Below, piece after piece: positions 1 to 11,027 of a stretch of 64,000 bases of DNA. Each line of letters begins with the position of its first letter. Within the stretch, counting starts at the first letter, position 1. The DNA is taken from positions 32,001 through 96,000 of the forward strand of contig CAVOYH010000006.1 in assembly GCA_963700635.1 (NCBI GenBank), written 5' to 3'. The position numbers and the translations under genes were made by a program. This DNA comes from an uncultured Bacteroidota bacterium (GTDB taxonomy: Bacteria; Bacteroidota; Ignavibacteria; UBA10030; UBA6906). The notes under the pieces are model-generated. The model did not search any database. It worked only from the letters and a program-made list of their open reading frames with translations, and was not told the DNA's origin.

Positions 1-462
1 AGTGTTCAGAACTTCAATCGCGCTCACCATCGGAAGATTTGTGATTTCTTCGCTGGTGACCGTGCTCTTGGTGGAGGTACGGTTCTTGTCCACCACACGC
101 CGTTCCGCAGAAATGAGCACCTCGCTCACTTCGACGGCTTCGGAGGGGAGAGTGAAGTTCAATTCCACGGTCTGATCGAGGTTCACGCGAACATTCTCAA
201 CCAGGACGCGGCGGTAACCCACCGAAGATGCCTGCAAGCGGTATTCTCCGGGGGGAACGTTCAAGATTGTGTAATTGCCGTTGACGTCTGCCGTCGCGCC
301 TAACGTTGTCCCTACAACTACAACGTTTGCACCCGGCAACGCCTGTTTTGTTGCATCGTCCCGTACTGTACCCCGCAGCTTTCCATTGGCGCCAAATGCC
401 AGCGCGGCCGGAATAATCAGGAGGCATCCGAGAAAGAGAACTCGAACCCAAGCATATCTCAT
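1..462 (-). CDS. TonB-dependent receptor, N-terminal part (signal peptide, carboxypeptidase-regulatory-like domain, start of plug); runs off the window edge
   Basis: Absent from the ORF track. Manual translation from ATG at 462 gives MRYAWVRVLFLGCLLIIPAALAFGANGKLRGTVRDDATKQALPGANVVVVGTTLGATADVNGNYTILNVPPGEYRLQASSVGY..., open to position 1. SD AAGGAG precedes the ATG. Confidence 0.85.
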   Translation of the reverse strand, partial: MRYAWVRVLFLGCLLIIPAALAFGANGKLRGTVRDDATKQALPGANVVVVGTTLGATADVNGNYTILNVPPGEYRLQASSVGYRRVLVENVRVNLDQTVELNFTLPSEAVEVSEVLISAERRVVDKNRTSTKSTVTSEEITNLPMVSAIEVLNT

Positions 463-713
463 GGTGTTGCTCCTTGAGTGATTACAGAATGGTAACTGGT
501 AAGCAGGTAGTATCGTCCTTGAAATCGTACCTCCTTTCGGGGCAAACATCACCCACTGAAGTAGATGTTGGGGAAGGAATAAGAACTAAGGGAAAAAAAA
601 CAGAAACCGGGAAACGCTACAAATGAACCGCGGAGGTGTATACACGATCGGATCGTGCGGTAAACTCTTAGCTGAGGAGCGGCTCACCTGTGAAATGGCG
701 TTTCATCATAGAT

Positions 714-742
714 ATATTACAAAGAGTGCACTGTATTGTCAA
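714..742 (-). promoter_or_regulatory. sigma70-type promoter for the TonB-dependent receptor
   Basis: Minus strand TTGACA (742-737), 17 nt spacer, TAATAT (719-714). Confidence 0.7.
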
Positions 743-794
743 GGAGAATCCAAAAAAAGTTGAATCCTGACCAGCAAAAAGCAGGCCACACATC

Positions 795-823
795 TTGACA
801 TTGTCATCCCTTTCTGCCATACT
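795..823 (+). promoter_or_regulatory. sigma70-type promoter for the glycoside cluster
   Basis: TTGACA (795-800), 17 nt spacer, CATACT (818-823), about 30 nt before the ATG at 853. Confidence 0.65.
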
Positions 824-852
824 CAACCTTTTAAGGATTCCATACCCACACC

Positions 853-3492
853 ATGACGACCAGACGAAACTTTCTCAGACAAACAGCGGGGACAGGCACA
901 CTGCTCGGACTGATTCCGGCTCAGCTGTCGGTCGCTCAAACACCGGAAAGTCCCAATTTGCCCGAAACGACTCACATCCACCTCCCTCCGGAGAAGAACA
1001 GGCTCGACCTCTCCCCTGCCCGATGGATCTGGTATCCATCGGAACGGACACTGCCCAATACCGTGGTGCTCTTCCGGCGCTCACTGCACATCGTTTCCAA
1101 AGTCCGAAGTGCAACAGGCTGGATCGCCGCAGACAGCCGCTACCTCCTCACCATCGACGGTACACGCGTCCAGTGGGGTCCCGCACCCGCTGACCCACGG
1201 AGAATGGAAGTTGATCCCCTTGACCTGACAGACCTTCTGAACCAGGGGAACCATACCATTGGCATCACCGCTCTCTTCTACGGCCACGGCGACGGAACAC
1301 ACCCCATCGGCAAACCGGGTGTGATCTTTACCCTGACCGTTACGTTTGTGGACGGCTCTATCCTGACGGTCTGCAGTGATGGTTCCTGGTCCTGCTACCT
1401 CTGTAAGAGCTGGCGGCCGGGTCAGTATAAACGCTGGTATCTCCGCTCGTTCCAGGAGGAGTTTGATTCGCGCCTCTATCCGTATGGATGGGACCTGCCG
1501 GAATTTCCGCCTGCGACAGACTGGCTGCCAGCGCAGCTGCTTGTGTGCCCCGCAACGGTGCCACCCAGCTGCTCAACGTATCCGGACTACATGCTGGATA
1601 CGCGGGCTGATCGGTCCGTTTCATGCCTGATGCCGCGGAGTATCCCGATGCTTACAGAGCACCCCGTCGCTGTCGAACGGCTCGTGGAAGCATACGCCGT
1701 ACGCTGGCACAGGCCGGCTGAAGAGTACTTTGATGTCCTTACACCAAATGCGTTCACTGCCTCGCCCCTCCAGATCCCTTCTACTTCACCGGGGGAATGG
1801 ACGACGGAGCTTGACGGGATATCCGCAGCGGCCCTCACATTTGAATTCCGCGATGAGTGTGTCGGGTTTCCGTTTTTTACCATTGACGCACCCCGGGACA
1901 CCATCGTTGAGCTGATGGTCCAGGAGGGACATACTCCCGGCGGGCCGCCCCTGCTGAATACACATTTCCATGCATGGTCCAGATTCATCTGTTCGGGAGG
2001 AAGGCAGACATTCCAGACGTTTGATTACGAAGCGTCAAAGTGGCTCCAGCTTCATGTCCGCGGCGCCAAAGGCCGCGTCACCATCCGCGCCGTCGGTATG
2101 CTGAGGCGGGTCTTCCCCTGGCCGCATACACCTGTAGTACGTGTCGGTGAACCAGCTCTGCAACGGCTGATGGACGCATCCATCAACACGCTCCATAATT
2201 CCGCCCAGGAAACCACAGTGGACGGCATGGGACGGGAACGCCAGCAATACAGCGGAGACGGGGCGCACCAGCTGCATGCAGTCTACCTGACGTTCGGTGA
2301 ACATCAACTCCCCGCACGGTTTTTATCCACCTTCAGCCAGGGTCTTATGCTCGAAGGATATTTCTTTGACTGCTGGCCTGCGTTTGACCGCCTGGCCCGC
2401 GTCATGGAGCGACAGGTGAACATGACCATGTGGGGCCCGTTGCTGGATCATAGTGTCGGATTCGGATTCGATTGTTATCATCACTACCTTTATACCGGCG
2501 ACCTGGAGCCCGTCCGGGAGCCGTACACCCGCTATCAGCGGTTTGTCAGGTACCTGTACGGCATCCGTGGCCGGGATGGCCTCATCCCTGTAACCGGTCT
2601 GGGAACGCCGGCAGTGTGGATCGATCACGATGCATACAGGGGCGGGCGGCAGGAACACAAACAATGCGCCTTCAACCTCTATGCGGCTGCAATGTTGTGT
2701 CATGCATTCGCACCCCTCGCCCGGGCGGCAGGGGACAGCAGCTGGGCTGAGTTCGCCGCTGTTTTCGGCTCTGAACTTCACCGTGCCGCCATTGATACGT
2801 TCTGGAGCAAAACCGATGGCCTGTATATCAACAACCTTCCCTGGCTCAAGGAGGAGGGCACGCCACGCATGTGCGATCGATCTCTTGCCACAGCCGTGCT
2901 CTACGACCAGTGCCCGGATGACATGACCGCCCCCGCGCTGCAGGCGTTGGCCGCCCCTCCCGCTCATCTGGGAATCTCCTATCCGGCGAACGCGTGCTGG
3001 CGATACTGGGCTCTCGCCAGAGGTGGCCGGACGGATGTTGTCCTCCGCGAGTTGCGGGAACGATGGGCCCCGATGGACACCGTGGTGCTGAACAACACAA
3101 TCGGTGAGAATTGGAACGCGGCGCCTGATAGTGGTGATCTGTGGAGCCACTGTGCCGTTGTGCCGCTCTACCTGTTGACCATGGGAATTGCCGGGATTCA
3201 ACCTACCGCACCCGGCTTCGCGCGCTGCCGCCTCAGGCCTCAACCGGCTGACCTCCATCACTTCTCGGTTGTCGTCCCCACGGTCCGCGGATCGTTATCC
3301 ATGGAAGCCACCGGGCAGATGGGCGACCGCACCGTGCACGTTCAGGTGCCCGAGACGTGTGATGCCGAGATTGTCTTGGATGGACGTGAGAAGGTTCCTC
3401 TGAAACTGCTCCGTCAATCCGGTGACGGGCGGACCGCAGTGTTCAAACTCCCGTCGACAACAGACCATCATCTTCACCTGAAACACACCTGA
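853..3492 (+). CDS. GH78-family alpha-L-rhamnosidase-like glycoside hydrolase, Tat-exported
   Basis: Twin-arginine signal TRRNFL; N-terminal ARWIW...LFRR...ADSRY module; catalytic-region motif VDGMGRERQQYSGD; C-terminal GIQPTAPGF...PTVRG. Confidence 0.8.
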   Translation: MTTRRNFLRQTAGTGTLLGLIPAQLSVAQTPESPNLPETTHIHLPPEKNRLDLSPARWIWYPSERTLPNTVVLFRRSLHIVSKVRSATGWIAADSRYLLTIDGTRVQWGPAPADPRRMEVDPLDLTDLLNQGNHTIGITALFYGHGDGTHPIGKPGVIFTLTVTFVDGSILTVCSDGSWSCYLCKSWRPGQYKRWYLRSFQEEFDSRLYPYGWDLPEFPPATDWLPAQLLVCPATVPPSCSTYPDYMLDTRADRSVSCLMPRSIPMLTEHPVAVERLVEAYAVRWHRPAEEYFDVLTPNAFTASPLQIPSTSPGEWTTELDGISAAALTFEFRDECVGFPFFTIDAPRDTIVELMVQEGHTPGGPPLLNTHFHAWSRFICSGGRQTFQTFDYEASKWLQLHVRGAKGRVTIRAVGMLRRVFPWPHTPVVRVGEPALQRLMDASINTLHNSAQETTVDGMGRERQQYSGDGAHQLHAVYLTFGEHQLPARFLSTFSQGLMLEGYFFDCWPAFDRLARVMERQVNMTMWGPLLDHSVGFGFDCYHHYLYTGDLEPVREPYTRYQRFVRYLYGIRGRDGLIPVTGLGTPAVWIDHDAYRGGRQEHKQCAFNLYAAAMLCHAFAPLARAAGDSSWAEFAAVFGSELHRAAIDTFWSKTDGLYINNLPWLKEEGTPRMCDRSLATAVLYDQCPDDMTAPALQALAAPPAHLGISYPANACWRYWALARGGRTDVVLRELRERWAPMDTVVLNNTIGENWNAAPDSGDLWSHCAVVPLYLLTMGIAGIQPTAPGFARCRLRPQPADLHHFSVVVPTVRGSLSMEATGQMGDRTVHVQVPETCDAEIVLDGREKVPLKLLRQSGDGRTAVFKLPSTTDHHLHLKHT

Positions 3493-3567
3493 GCTCATGC
3501 TGACTGCTGAGCCTCACGATTGCCGCCCGGAAAACCACCGTGACGCACACGCCGCGAAGGACATTGT

Positions 3568-4398
3568 ATGAATATCCTGCTCATCCGTTCCAAATGGGAT
3601 CTGGATGATCTCCCGCTCGAAGAATTTCTCCGTTATTCCCGCACACAGGGTTTTGACGGGACCGAGATTCATCTCCCGTCACTCCACGCGTCACCGGAAG
3701 AATCAATCGGACTGCACGAAAGCCATGCCCTGAGATTTGTTGCCATGATCACCACCGAGGGAAGCTCTCCGGAGGAGCACATCACGACGCTGGAACAGCG
3801 TTTTCGGTCCGCAGTCCGGTACAAGCCCCTGCTTGTAAATTGCCACACCGGGCGGGACATCTTCACATTGGAAGAGAATCTTCGTATCTTCCGACGGGGA
3901 GAGGAACTGAGCAGTGAGGCAGGTATCCCGCTCTGTCACGAAACACACCGGGGCCGGGCCATGTTCAGCGCTCCGTCCACGTCTGCGATCCTCTCCGCAC
4001 TTCCCGCACTCCGGCTCACTGCGGATTTTTCTCACTGGTGTTGTGTGCATGAATCGCTCTTGCTGGACCAGGAAGAGGCCGTACACCGTGCGATACGGCA
4101 TACAGAGTACATTCATGCCCGCGTCGGCCATATGGAGGGGCCCCAGGTGAGCGACCCCCGGGCCCCGGAGTGGGCCGCGGAGGTGGAGAGACATCTCTCC
4201 TGGTGGGAACAAATTGCGGCCGGGCGGGCGCGGGCGGGAGCGCCCGTCCTGGCAATCTGTCCTGAATTCGGACCGCCGCCCTACATGCCGACTCTGCCCT
4301 ACACCAAACAGCCGGTGTCGGATATCCGTGACGTTATTGTTCATCAACAACAGCAACTCCGCAAGCGATTGGAACAGTATTGCTTGCCTGTGGCGTAG
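3568..4398 (+). CDS. sugar phosphate isomerase/epimerase, xylose-isomerase-like TIM barrel
   Basis: GFDGTE, HETHR, DFSHW, IHAR and PEFG metal-ligand pattern. Confidence 0.8.
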   Translation: MNILLIRSKWDLDDLPLEEFLRYSRTQGFDGTEIHLPSLHASPEESIGLHESHALRFVAMITTEGSSPEEHITTLEQRFRSAVRYKPLLVNCHTGRDIFTLEENLRIFRRGEELSSEAGIPLCHETHRGRAMFSAPSTSAILSALPALRLTADFSHWCCVHESLLLDQEEAVHRAIRHTEYIHARVGHMEGPQVSDPRAPEWAAEVERHLSWWEQIAAGRARAGAPVLAICPEFGPPPYMPTLPYTKQPVSDIRDVIVHQQQQLRKRLEQYCLPVA

Positions 4399-4430
4399 AT
4401 CAACGCGAGAGTATCCTGGAGAATCGTGAA

Positions 4431-4880
4431 ATGGAAATTGCAGACCTGGGTGTCATCGAAGGGCGCCTGTACCCTGCCCGGCGCAGAACGCAAAACCTGG
4501 TGGGCGGTGTATCCCCCATCCAAGCACGCAATTTTGCCATGGGACATGTGATCCTCGAACCCCGTGGAGGCCAGGTCCCGTGGCATAACCAGGAACAGGA
4601 AGAGGTATACTATATTATTGATGGCACGGCTGAGATGTGCCTCGGGCAGGAACTTCAGGTCCTGAAGAGCGGTCAGGCTGTTTATATACCCCCGGGGGTC
4701 TTTCATCAGATTACCAATGTCGGTGACACGTCAATGCACATGCTTTATTGTTATGCCCCGGCAGGAGATGTGGCACACTGGAGGCAGGAACTGAGCGGAA
4801 CACTGCCCCGCGCCGGCGCGGAGGCTCCCCCTCTCCCGGCTGGCGCTCAACCTCAATGTACCGAACAACCTGAACACTGA
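4431..4880 (+). CDS. cupin-domain protein
   Basis: PWHNQEQEEVYYIIDG and G.AVYIPPGVFH cupin motifs; GGAG SD before ATG 4431. Confidence 0.85.
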   Translation: MEIADLGVIEGRLYPARRRTQNLVGGVSPIQARNFAMGHVILEPRGGQVPWHNQEQEEVYYIIDGTAEMCLGQELQVLKSGQAVYIPPGVFHQITNVGDTSMHMLYCYAPAGDVAHWRQELSGTLPRAGAEAPPLPAGAQPQCTEQPEH

Positions 4881-4902
4881 ATACGGGTCTTTTACGGAGA
4901 GT

Positions 4903-6078
4903 ATGTGTATGGCTACTACAACCCATCATATCGGCATCATCATGAACGGCGTCACCGGCCGCATGGGATCAAATCAGCATCTTCTGCGGTCAATCATGGC
5001 CATCATCCGCCAGGGCGGCGTACGTGTGAACGACAGGGAGGTTATACTCCCCGATCCCATTCTTGTCGGACGTAATGCGGGTCGTCTCGAACGCCTTGCC
5101 AATACCGCCGGCATCACGCGGTGGACGACGGATCTGGGGAAAGCTCTCGCCGATTCCCAGAACCAGATCTACTTCGATGCGCAAATGACCAATCTGCGCG
5201 TATCGAGTATCCGGGATGCCATCAAGGCAGGCAAACATGTCTATTGCGAGAAACCCACGGCCCTGACCACCGATGAGGCATATGAACTCTATCTGCTCGC
5301 CGAAGAAAAATCAATCAAACATGGTGTCGTGCAGGACAAACTCTGGCTTCCGGGACTCCTGAAGCTCCGCCTCCTCAAGGAAACCGGTTTTTTCGGGCGC
5401 ATCCTCTCGGTTCGTGGTGATTTCGGATACTGGGTCTTTGAAGGTGACTCCATCCCCGCGCAGCGGCCATCCTGGAACTACCGCACGGAAGACGGAGGGG
5501 GAATCATCTTTGATATGCTGTGTCACTGGAGGTACGTCCTGGATAATCTCTTTGGGGCCGTACAATCCGTATCCTGCCTCGGGGCCACGCATATCCCCAC
5601 CCGATGGGATGAAGCGGGAAAACCGTACGTTTGTACTGCCGACGACGCCGCGTACGCCACATTTCAATTGAGCGACGGGATCGTGGCCCAGTTTAATTCA
5701 TCCTGGACGACGCGCGTGCGCCGCGATGACCTCCTGACCATTCAGGTCGACGGTACACACGGTTCCGCGGTCGCCGGGCTGCGCGAATGCTGGATCCAAC
5801 CGGCACATGCAACTCCCCGGCCGACCTGGAATCCCGATATCGAAAATCCGTTTGATTTCCTGGATCAATGGATTGAGGTTCCCGCCCAGCAGGAATTCGA
5901 TAATGCCTTTAAGGCACAGTGGGAACTTTTTCTCCGTCATGTCGTGAAGGACGAACCATTTCCATGGTCGCTGCTGGAGGGCGCAAAGGGCGTCCAGCTT
6001 GCAGAGAAAGGGATTGAATCCTGGCGATCACGGGCATGGGTGGATTTGCCGGAACTCAAGATGGTGCACCATGACTAA
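4903..6078 (+). CDS. Gfo/Idh/MocA-family NAD(P)-dependent oxidoreductase
   Basis: N-terminal [18 protein letters not shown] motif, [10 protein letters not shown]. Confidence 0.9.
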   Translation: MCMATTTHHIGIIMNGVTGRMGSNQHLLRSIMAIIRQGGVRVNDREVILPDPILVGRNAGRLERLANTAGITRWTTDLGKALADSQNQIYFDAQMTNLRVSSIRDAIKAGKHVYCEKPTALTTDEAYELYLLAEEKSIKHGVVQDKLWLPGLLKLRLLKETGFFGRILSVRGDFGYWVFEGDSIPAQRPSWNYRTEDGGGIIFDMLCHWRYVLDNLFGAVQSVSCLGATHIPTRWDEAGKPYVCTADDAAYATFQLSDGIVAQFNSSWTTRVRRDDLLTIQVDGTHGSAVAGLRECWIQPAHATPRPTWNPDIENPFDFLDQWIEVPAQQEFDNAFKAQWELFLRHVVKDEPFPWSLLEGAKGVQLAEKGIESWRSRAWVDLPELKMVHHD

Positions 6079-7264
6079 GAATCTGCTTCACAACCAAGAG
6101 GAGCTCCGGCAGCAGTATACCAATGCGTTGCTCCTGGATGTCCTCCCCTTCTGGGAGTCTCACTCCATCGACCCCCAGGGGGGGTATTTTACCTGCCTGG
6201 ATCGTGGAGGAATCGTCTATGACACCGACAAATTTGTATGGCTGCAGGCGCGCCAGGTGTGGACATTTTCCATGCTGTACAATCGCCTTGAGAAACGCGC
6301 GGCATGGCTCGACGTTGCACGGCACGGTGCCGAATTTCTGCGCGCACATGGACGGGACGGGGATGGAAACTGGTATTTCGCCCTGAACCGCGATGGCGAT
6401 CCCCTCGTCCAGCCGTACAACATCTTCTCCGACTGTTTTGCTGCGATGGCATTCAGCCAGTATGCACTTGCATCGGGAGATGACGAGGCAAAGGAGATTG
6501 CCCTCGCCAGCTTCCGCAACGTGCTGCGCAGACAAAGCAACCCCGCAGGGACATACAGCAAGATCGTCCCCTGGACCCGTCCGATGCGATCGTTCGCGCT
6601 TCCCATGATTCTCCTCAACGTCGCCCGGGAGTTGGAGGGTCTGCTCCCGGCCGATGAACTGAAGGCCATGACGGACGGATGGATCGAGGAGATCACCGGG
6701 TTGTTTATCGACCGTGAAACCGGCCTGGTGTTCGAACATGTGGCTCCGGACGGCACCCATCCCGATACATTCGCCGGACGATTGTTAAATCCCGGACACG
6801 GCCTGGAAGGGATGTGGTTTCTGATGGAACTTGCCCTGCGGCAGAACAACACGGCCCTCGCCAACGTCGCGACGACAACCATCCTTCGCATCCTCGAGCA
6901 TTCCTGGGATCAGGAATACGCGGGCATCTATGCCTTTCTTGACGCCAGAGGCAAACCGCCGTTGCAGCTTGAATGGGACCAGAAACTCTGGTGGGTTCAC
7001 CTTGAAACTCTTGTTGCTCTTCTTATGGGATACACGCGCTTACACCGCAAAGAGTGCTGGACGTGGTTCGAGCGTGTCCACCAGTACACATGGGCTCATT
7101 TCCCCGATCCGGAACATGGGGAATGGTTTGGTTACCTGAACCGGCGTGGGGAGGTGTTGCTCCCTATAAAAGGAGGAAAATGGAAAGGATGTTTCCATGT
7201 GCCCCGCTGCCTCTTTCGCTGCGCTCAGATGCTCGGTTCGGGGGCACCAGCCGCCATCGGATGA
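6071..7264 (+). CDS. AGE-family epimerase (N-acylglucosamine 2-epimerase-like)
   Basis: [45 protein letters not shown]; overlaps the upstream stop. Confidence 0.9.
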   Translation: MTKNLLHNQEELRQQYTNALLLDVLPFWESHSIDPQGGYFTCLDRGGIVYDTDKFVWLQARQVWTFSMLYNRLEKRAAWLDVARHGAEFLRAHGRDGDGNWYFALNRDGDPLVQPYNIFSDCFAAMAFSQYALASGDDEAKEIALASFRNVLRRQSNPAGTYSKIVPWTRPMRSFALPMILLNVARELEGLLPADELKAMTDGWIEEITGLFIDRETGLVFEHVAPDGTHPDTFAGRLLNPGHGLEGMWFLMELALRQNNTALANVATTTILRILEHSWDQEYAGIYAFLDARGKPPLQLEWDQKLWWVHLETLVALLMGYTRLHRKECWTWFERVHQYTWAHFPDPEHGEWFGYLNRRGEVLLPIKGGKWKGCFHVPRCLFRCAQMLGSGAPAAIG

Positions 7265-7399
7265 TTATGGCGACGTAACGCTGTTTCCATCCTGAAACGA
7301 CATTGCATTATTAAAATAAAACCCGTATCTCCCCTCTGTGCACAATCCCGTGCGCGCCCGCCAGTGTTTCCCCGGATCACAAACGAGGAAGGAAGACCC

Positions 7400-8170
7400 G
7401 TGCAGCAGAACCTGAAAGCGGTCTATGACCGCGACGGATACGTCATTGTTCGCCAGGCCATTGATCACAACCTCGTGGCCGAAGCACAACACCATGTGCG
7501 CTGGCTGCTGGAACGTAACCCCGATGTCCGTCCGGAACAACTCCACGCACACCTTGCCTTGGATGACCCGTTCTGGATCCGGCTGATCGGCGATGACCGC
7601 CTCCTGGATATCGCGCAACAGTTTGTAGGGCCCGACATCGCACTGTTCGCCACCCACTATATATGCAAGCCGCCCCGCACGGGCCAGGCGGTTCTCTGGC
7701 ATCAGGACGGAAGTTACTGGCCTCTGGATCCGATGGACGTTGTCACACTCTGGCTTGCGGTCTCGGATTCTACTCCGGCAAACGGATGCATGCGCGTTAT
7801 CCCGGGAACCCATCACCTCACGCTTGAGACCACGCAGGAACGTACGGATGTGGAGAACGTGCTCGGGTCTTCGATGAGCAGTGACCGTGTGGACCCGTCG
7901 AGTGCCATTAATGTGGCTCTCACCGCGGGGGATCTCTCGATCCATCACCCGAACCTGATCCACGGGTCCGAAGCAAACCTGTCTGATCAGTGGCGGATGG
8001 GACTCACGATCCGGTATGTGCCAACCACGACACGAATTCTGAAGCCCGAGATGGCCGCACCCTTCCTGCTCCGCGGCAAAGCGGTCCCGGGGATCAATTC
8101 CTATCGTCCACGCCCCCGCTACCAACCCGGCCTTCACATGGCCTTTGCCGGTTGTGAAGGGTGGAGATAA
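7400..8170 (+). CDS. phytanoyl-CoA dioxygenase (PhyH)-family Fe(II)/2-oxoglutarate dioxygenase
   Basis: WHQD (HxD), NGCMRVIPGTH, IHGSEANLSDQWR; GTG start after a purine-rich SD. Confidence 0.85.
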   Translation: MQQNLKAVYDRDGYVIVRQAIDHNLVAEAQHHVRWLLERNPDVRPEQLHAHLALDDPFWIRLIGDDRLLDIAQQFVGPDIALFATHYICKPPRTGQAVLWHQDGSYWPLDPMDVVTLWLAVSDSTPANGCMRVIPGTHHLTLETTQERTDVENVLGSSMSSDRVDPSSAINVALTAGDLSIHHPNLIHGSEANLSDQWRMGLTIRYVPTTTRILKPEMAAPFLLRGKAVPGINSYRPRPRYQPGLHMAFAGCEGWR

Positions 8171-8180
8171 CAGAACCAGT

Positions 8181-9540
8181 ATGAAACCTACCTCGTATGC
8201 AACACTTCTGAGTATTGTCGCAGCGCTCGGCGGTCTCCTCTTCGGGTATGACACAGCCGTCGTGGCCGGAGCGATTGGTTTCCTGCGCAATCATTTTGAC
8301 CTGAACGCGGCAGAAACAGGATTTGCCGCATCCAGCGCGCTGATCGGTTGTATCCTGGGCGCCGCGACAGCCGGAACATTGAGTGATCGGTTTGGCAGGA
8401 AGCGGGCGCTGATCCTCTCTGCGATGCTCTTCATCGTATCCGCCGTCTGGTCCGCGATTCCTTCAACCCTCACAGAATTCGCGATCGCGCGGATCATCGG
8501 CGGTATCGGCGTCGGGATGGCATCGATGCTTTCTCCCTTGTATATCGCAGAGATTGCACCTGCGGAGATCCGGGGAAGGCTGGTGGCCTTTAATCAGTTC
8601 GCGATTGTCTCAGGCATCCTCCTGGTCTACTTTGTGAACTACACAATCGCAGGAATCGGAGACGAGGCGTGGGACACTGCCATCGGGTGGCGCTGGATGT
8701 TCGGTTCGGAGACACTCCCCGCCCTTCTGTTCATGATCGCTCTCCTGGCGATCCCGGAGAGTCCGCGCTGGCTTGTGAAACAGGGTGAAACAGCACGGGC
8801 AAAGTCCATTCTCCAGCGTCTGTCAGGGCCCGAACAGGCCACGCGCGACCTTGAAGCCATCACGGAAGCCATCCGGCACGAGGGGTCTTCCCTCCGGGAT
8901 CTGCTCAAACCTGGCTTGCGGCGCGCACTGCTTGTGGGGATGGCCCTTGCAATCCTCCAGCAAATCACCGGCATCAATGTGTTCATGTATTATGCTCCGG
9001 AGATCTTCAAATCTCTCGGCTCCGGAACTGATGTGGCTCTCCTGCAAACCGTGATCATTGGGGCTTGTAATGTCGTGTTCACGATTGTGGCAATCCGGAC
9101 CGTCGATCGATGGGGCAGAAAACCGCTGTTGATTCTCGGCTCAGGAGGAATGGCTCTGTCCCTGGTCGGCCTTGGATGGGCAGCGTACAGCGGGACCACG
9201 GCAGCCTGGGTGCTGGTGTTTATCCTCGGGTATATCGCATGCTTCGCCATGTCCATGGGACCGGTCGTCTGGGTTGTGCTTTCGGAAATATTTCCCACAC
9301 GCCTCCGAGGCCGGGCCATGGGCGATTGCTACACTGCTTCTCTGGGCCTCAAACTACCTCGTTTCCCAGACCTTTCCCATGATCAACGAAGATCCATGGT
9401 TGGTAAGCATATTCCATCACGCGTTTCCGTTCTGGCTGTATGCTGTATTCTGTCTGCTCTCCATCGTCGTCGTCGCCGTCTTCGTCCCGGAAACCAAAGG
9501 ACGAACCCTTGAAGAGATCGAACAATCCTGGACCCGTTAG
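8181..9540 (+). pseudogene. sugar porter (XylE/GalP-like MFS), frameshifted near 9320 (true lesion or read error)
   Basis: GGLLFGYDT, DRFGRK, PESPRWL, QQITGIN and SEIFPTRLRGRAM lie in one frame. The last TM helices and PETKGRTLEEIE continue in another frame from 9322, consistent with one extra G in ATGGGCG. Confidence 0.8.
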
Positions 9541-9551
9541 ACTGACCGCCC

Positions 9552-11027
9552 ATGCAACGTACTCTTGTTGTCCACGCCAATGCCGCCATCGGAACGATCA
9601 AGCCGGAACTGCACGGCCATTTCCTCGAACACCTGGGCACAGCGACGTACGGCGGACTCTGGGTCGGAACGGACTCTCCGATACCGCACATCGATGGTCT
9701 CCGGCGGGACGCCATCGTCGCACTGAAAGAACTTGGTGTCCCCGTGCTCAGATGGCCGGGTGGCTGTTTCGCGGACAATTACCACTGGCGCAACGGAATA
9801 GGCCCGGCAGCACATCGCCCGCGCACGGTGAATCACTCCTGGGGTGGCGTCATCGAAGATAACGGGTTCGGGACACATGAGTTCATGCATCTCTGTTCTC
9901 TCATCGGGGCGCAACCGTACCTGGCGGGAAACATGGGGAGCGGCTCACCGGCCGAGCTGCGTGACTGGACCGAGTACTGCAACTTCCCTTCCGGGAGCTC
10001 ACTGGCCGATGAACGTGCCGCCAACGGCGCGCCGGAATCATTTGGCGTCCGCTACTGGGGCGTCGGGAACGAAAGCTGGGGATGCGGGGGGCACATGTCA
10101 GCTGAGGAATATGCGGCTCTCTACGCCCGGTACGCAACCTACGTTCCCGCGTGCGCTGACACAAAACCGTATCTCATTGCGGTTGGTCCGAACAGCAATG
10201 ACACCGACTGGACCAGGCGGTTCTTCACCACGCTCGCCCGTGACCGTGCATATGCCCCCCCCATGCATGGCTTCGCGATGCACTTCTACAGCTGGGGGAA
10301 GAGCACAGCAACCCGTTACACGCCTGACACCGTACGCCAGCAACTTTCGACATTTGACGATCTGGAGAGGGCCATCAAGGAACAACGTGCGTATCTGGAT
10401 GCCCTCACTCCAGCATTAGGCCGTGGTCATATTGATCTCCTCATTGACGAGTGGGGAACCTGGGACGTGAGTGATCTTGCCGATGAGCGCGAACATGGAC
10501 GATTCTGGCAGCAGAACAGCATCAAAGATGCCGTCGCCGCAGCACTCGGTCTGAACACCTTTCATCGGCAGGCCGACAAACTCAGCATGTGCAATATCGC
10601 GCAAATTGCGAATGTCCTGCAGGCTCCGCTGCTCACTGCTGGTGACCGTTGCGTGCGGACGCCTACGTTTTATGCCTTTGCTCTTATGAAGGACCACCAG
10701 TCCAAGACGGCCATCCATGTTGAATCCGGCTGCAAACCTGCCACGGAGCTCTCTGCCTCGGCTTCCAGGGACGAGCGGACACTGTTCCTCACTCTCGCGA
10801 ATCCGAATCCCGAAGACGATTCGTCGGTGATTGTTACCTTCGAGGGAGCCACTGCCTCCGCGGCCACAGGGTGGTTGATCACGCATGCAGATATCAACGC
10901 CTGTAACACATTTGAAAGGCCGGAGACTGTCGTACCCGCTCCGCTGCATCCTGGAATGCAGAAGGGCACGGTCTCACTCCGGTTGCCGGCCCTCTCGGTG
11001 GCACACCTTCGTGTCACAGTCAGCTAA
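9552..11027 (+). CDS. GH51 alpha-L-arabinofuranosidase, no signal peptide
   Basis: GHFLEHLG, LRWPGGCFAD, WGVGNE (acid/base), IDEWG (nucleophile), AQIANVLQ. Confidence 0.9.
   Translation: MQRTLVVHANAAIGTIKPELHGHFLEHLGTATYGGLWVGTDSPIPHIDGLRRDAIVALKELGVPVLRWPGGCFADNYHWRNGIGPAAHRPRTVNHSWGGVIEDNGFGTHEFMHLCSLIGAQPYLAGNMGSGSPAELRDWTEYCNFPSGSSLADERAANGAPESFGVRYWGVGNESWGCGGHMSAEEYAALYARYATYVPACADTKPYLIAVGPNSNDTDWTRRFFTTLARDRAYAPPMHGFAMHFYSWGKSTATRYTPDTVRQQLSTFDDLERAIKEQRAYLDALTPALGRGHIDLLIDEWGTWDVSDLADEREHGRFWQQNSIKDAVAAALGLNTFHRQADKLSMCNIAQIANVLQAPLLTAGDRCVRTPTFYAFALMKDHQSKTAIHVESGCKPATELSASASRDERTLFLTLANPNPEDDSSVIVTFEGATASAATGWLITHADINACNTFERPETVVPAPLHPGMQKGTVSLRLPALSVAHLRVTVS

Noticed and set aside
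463-707. Cobalamin or TPP riboswitch in the long receptor leader
   Set aside because: I could not find the B12-box or TPP core motifs by eye. An Rfam scan would be decisive.
7265-8290. 341-aa - strand ORF
   Set aside because: Antisense to the PhyH gene, which has clear catalytic motifs.
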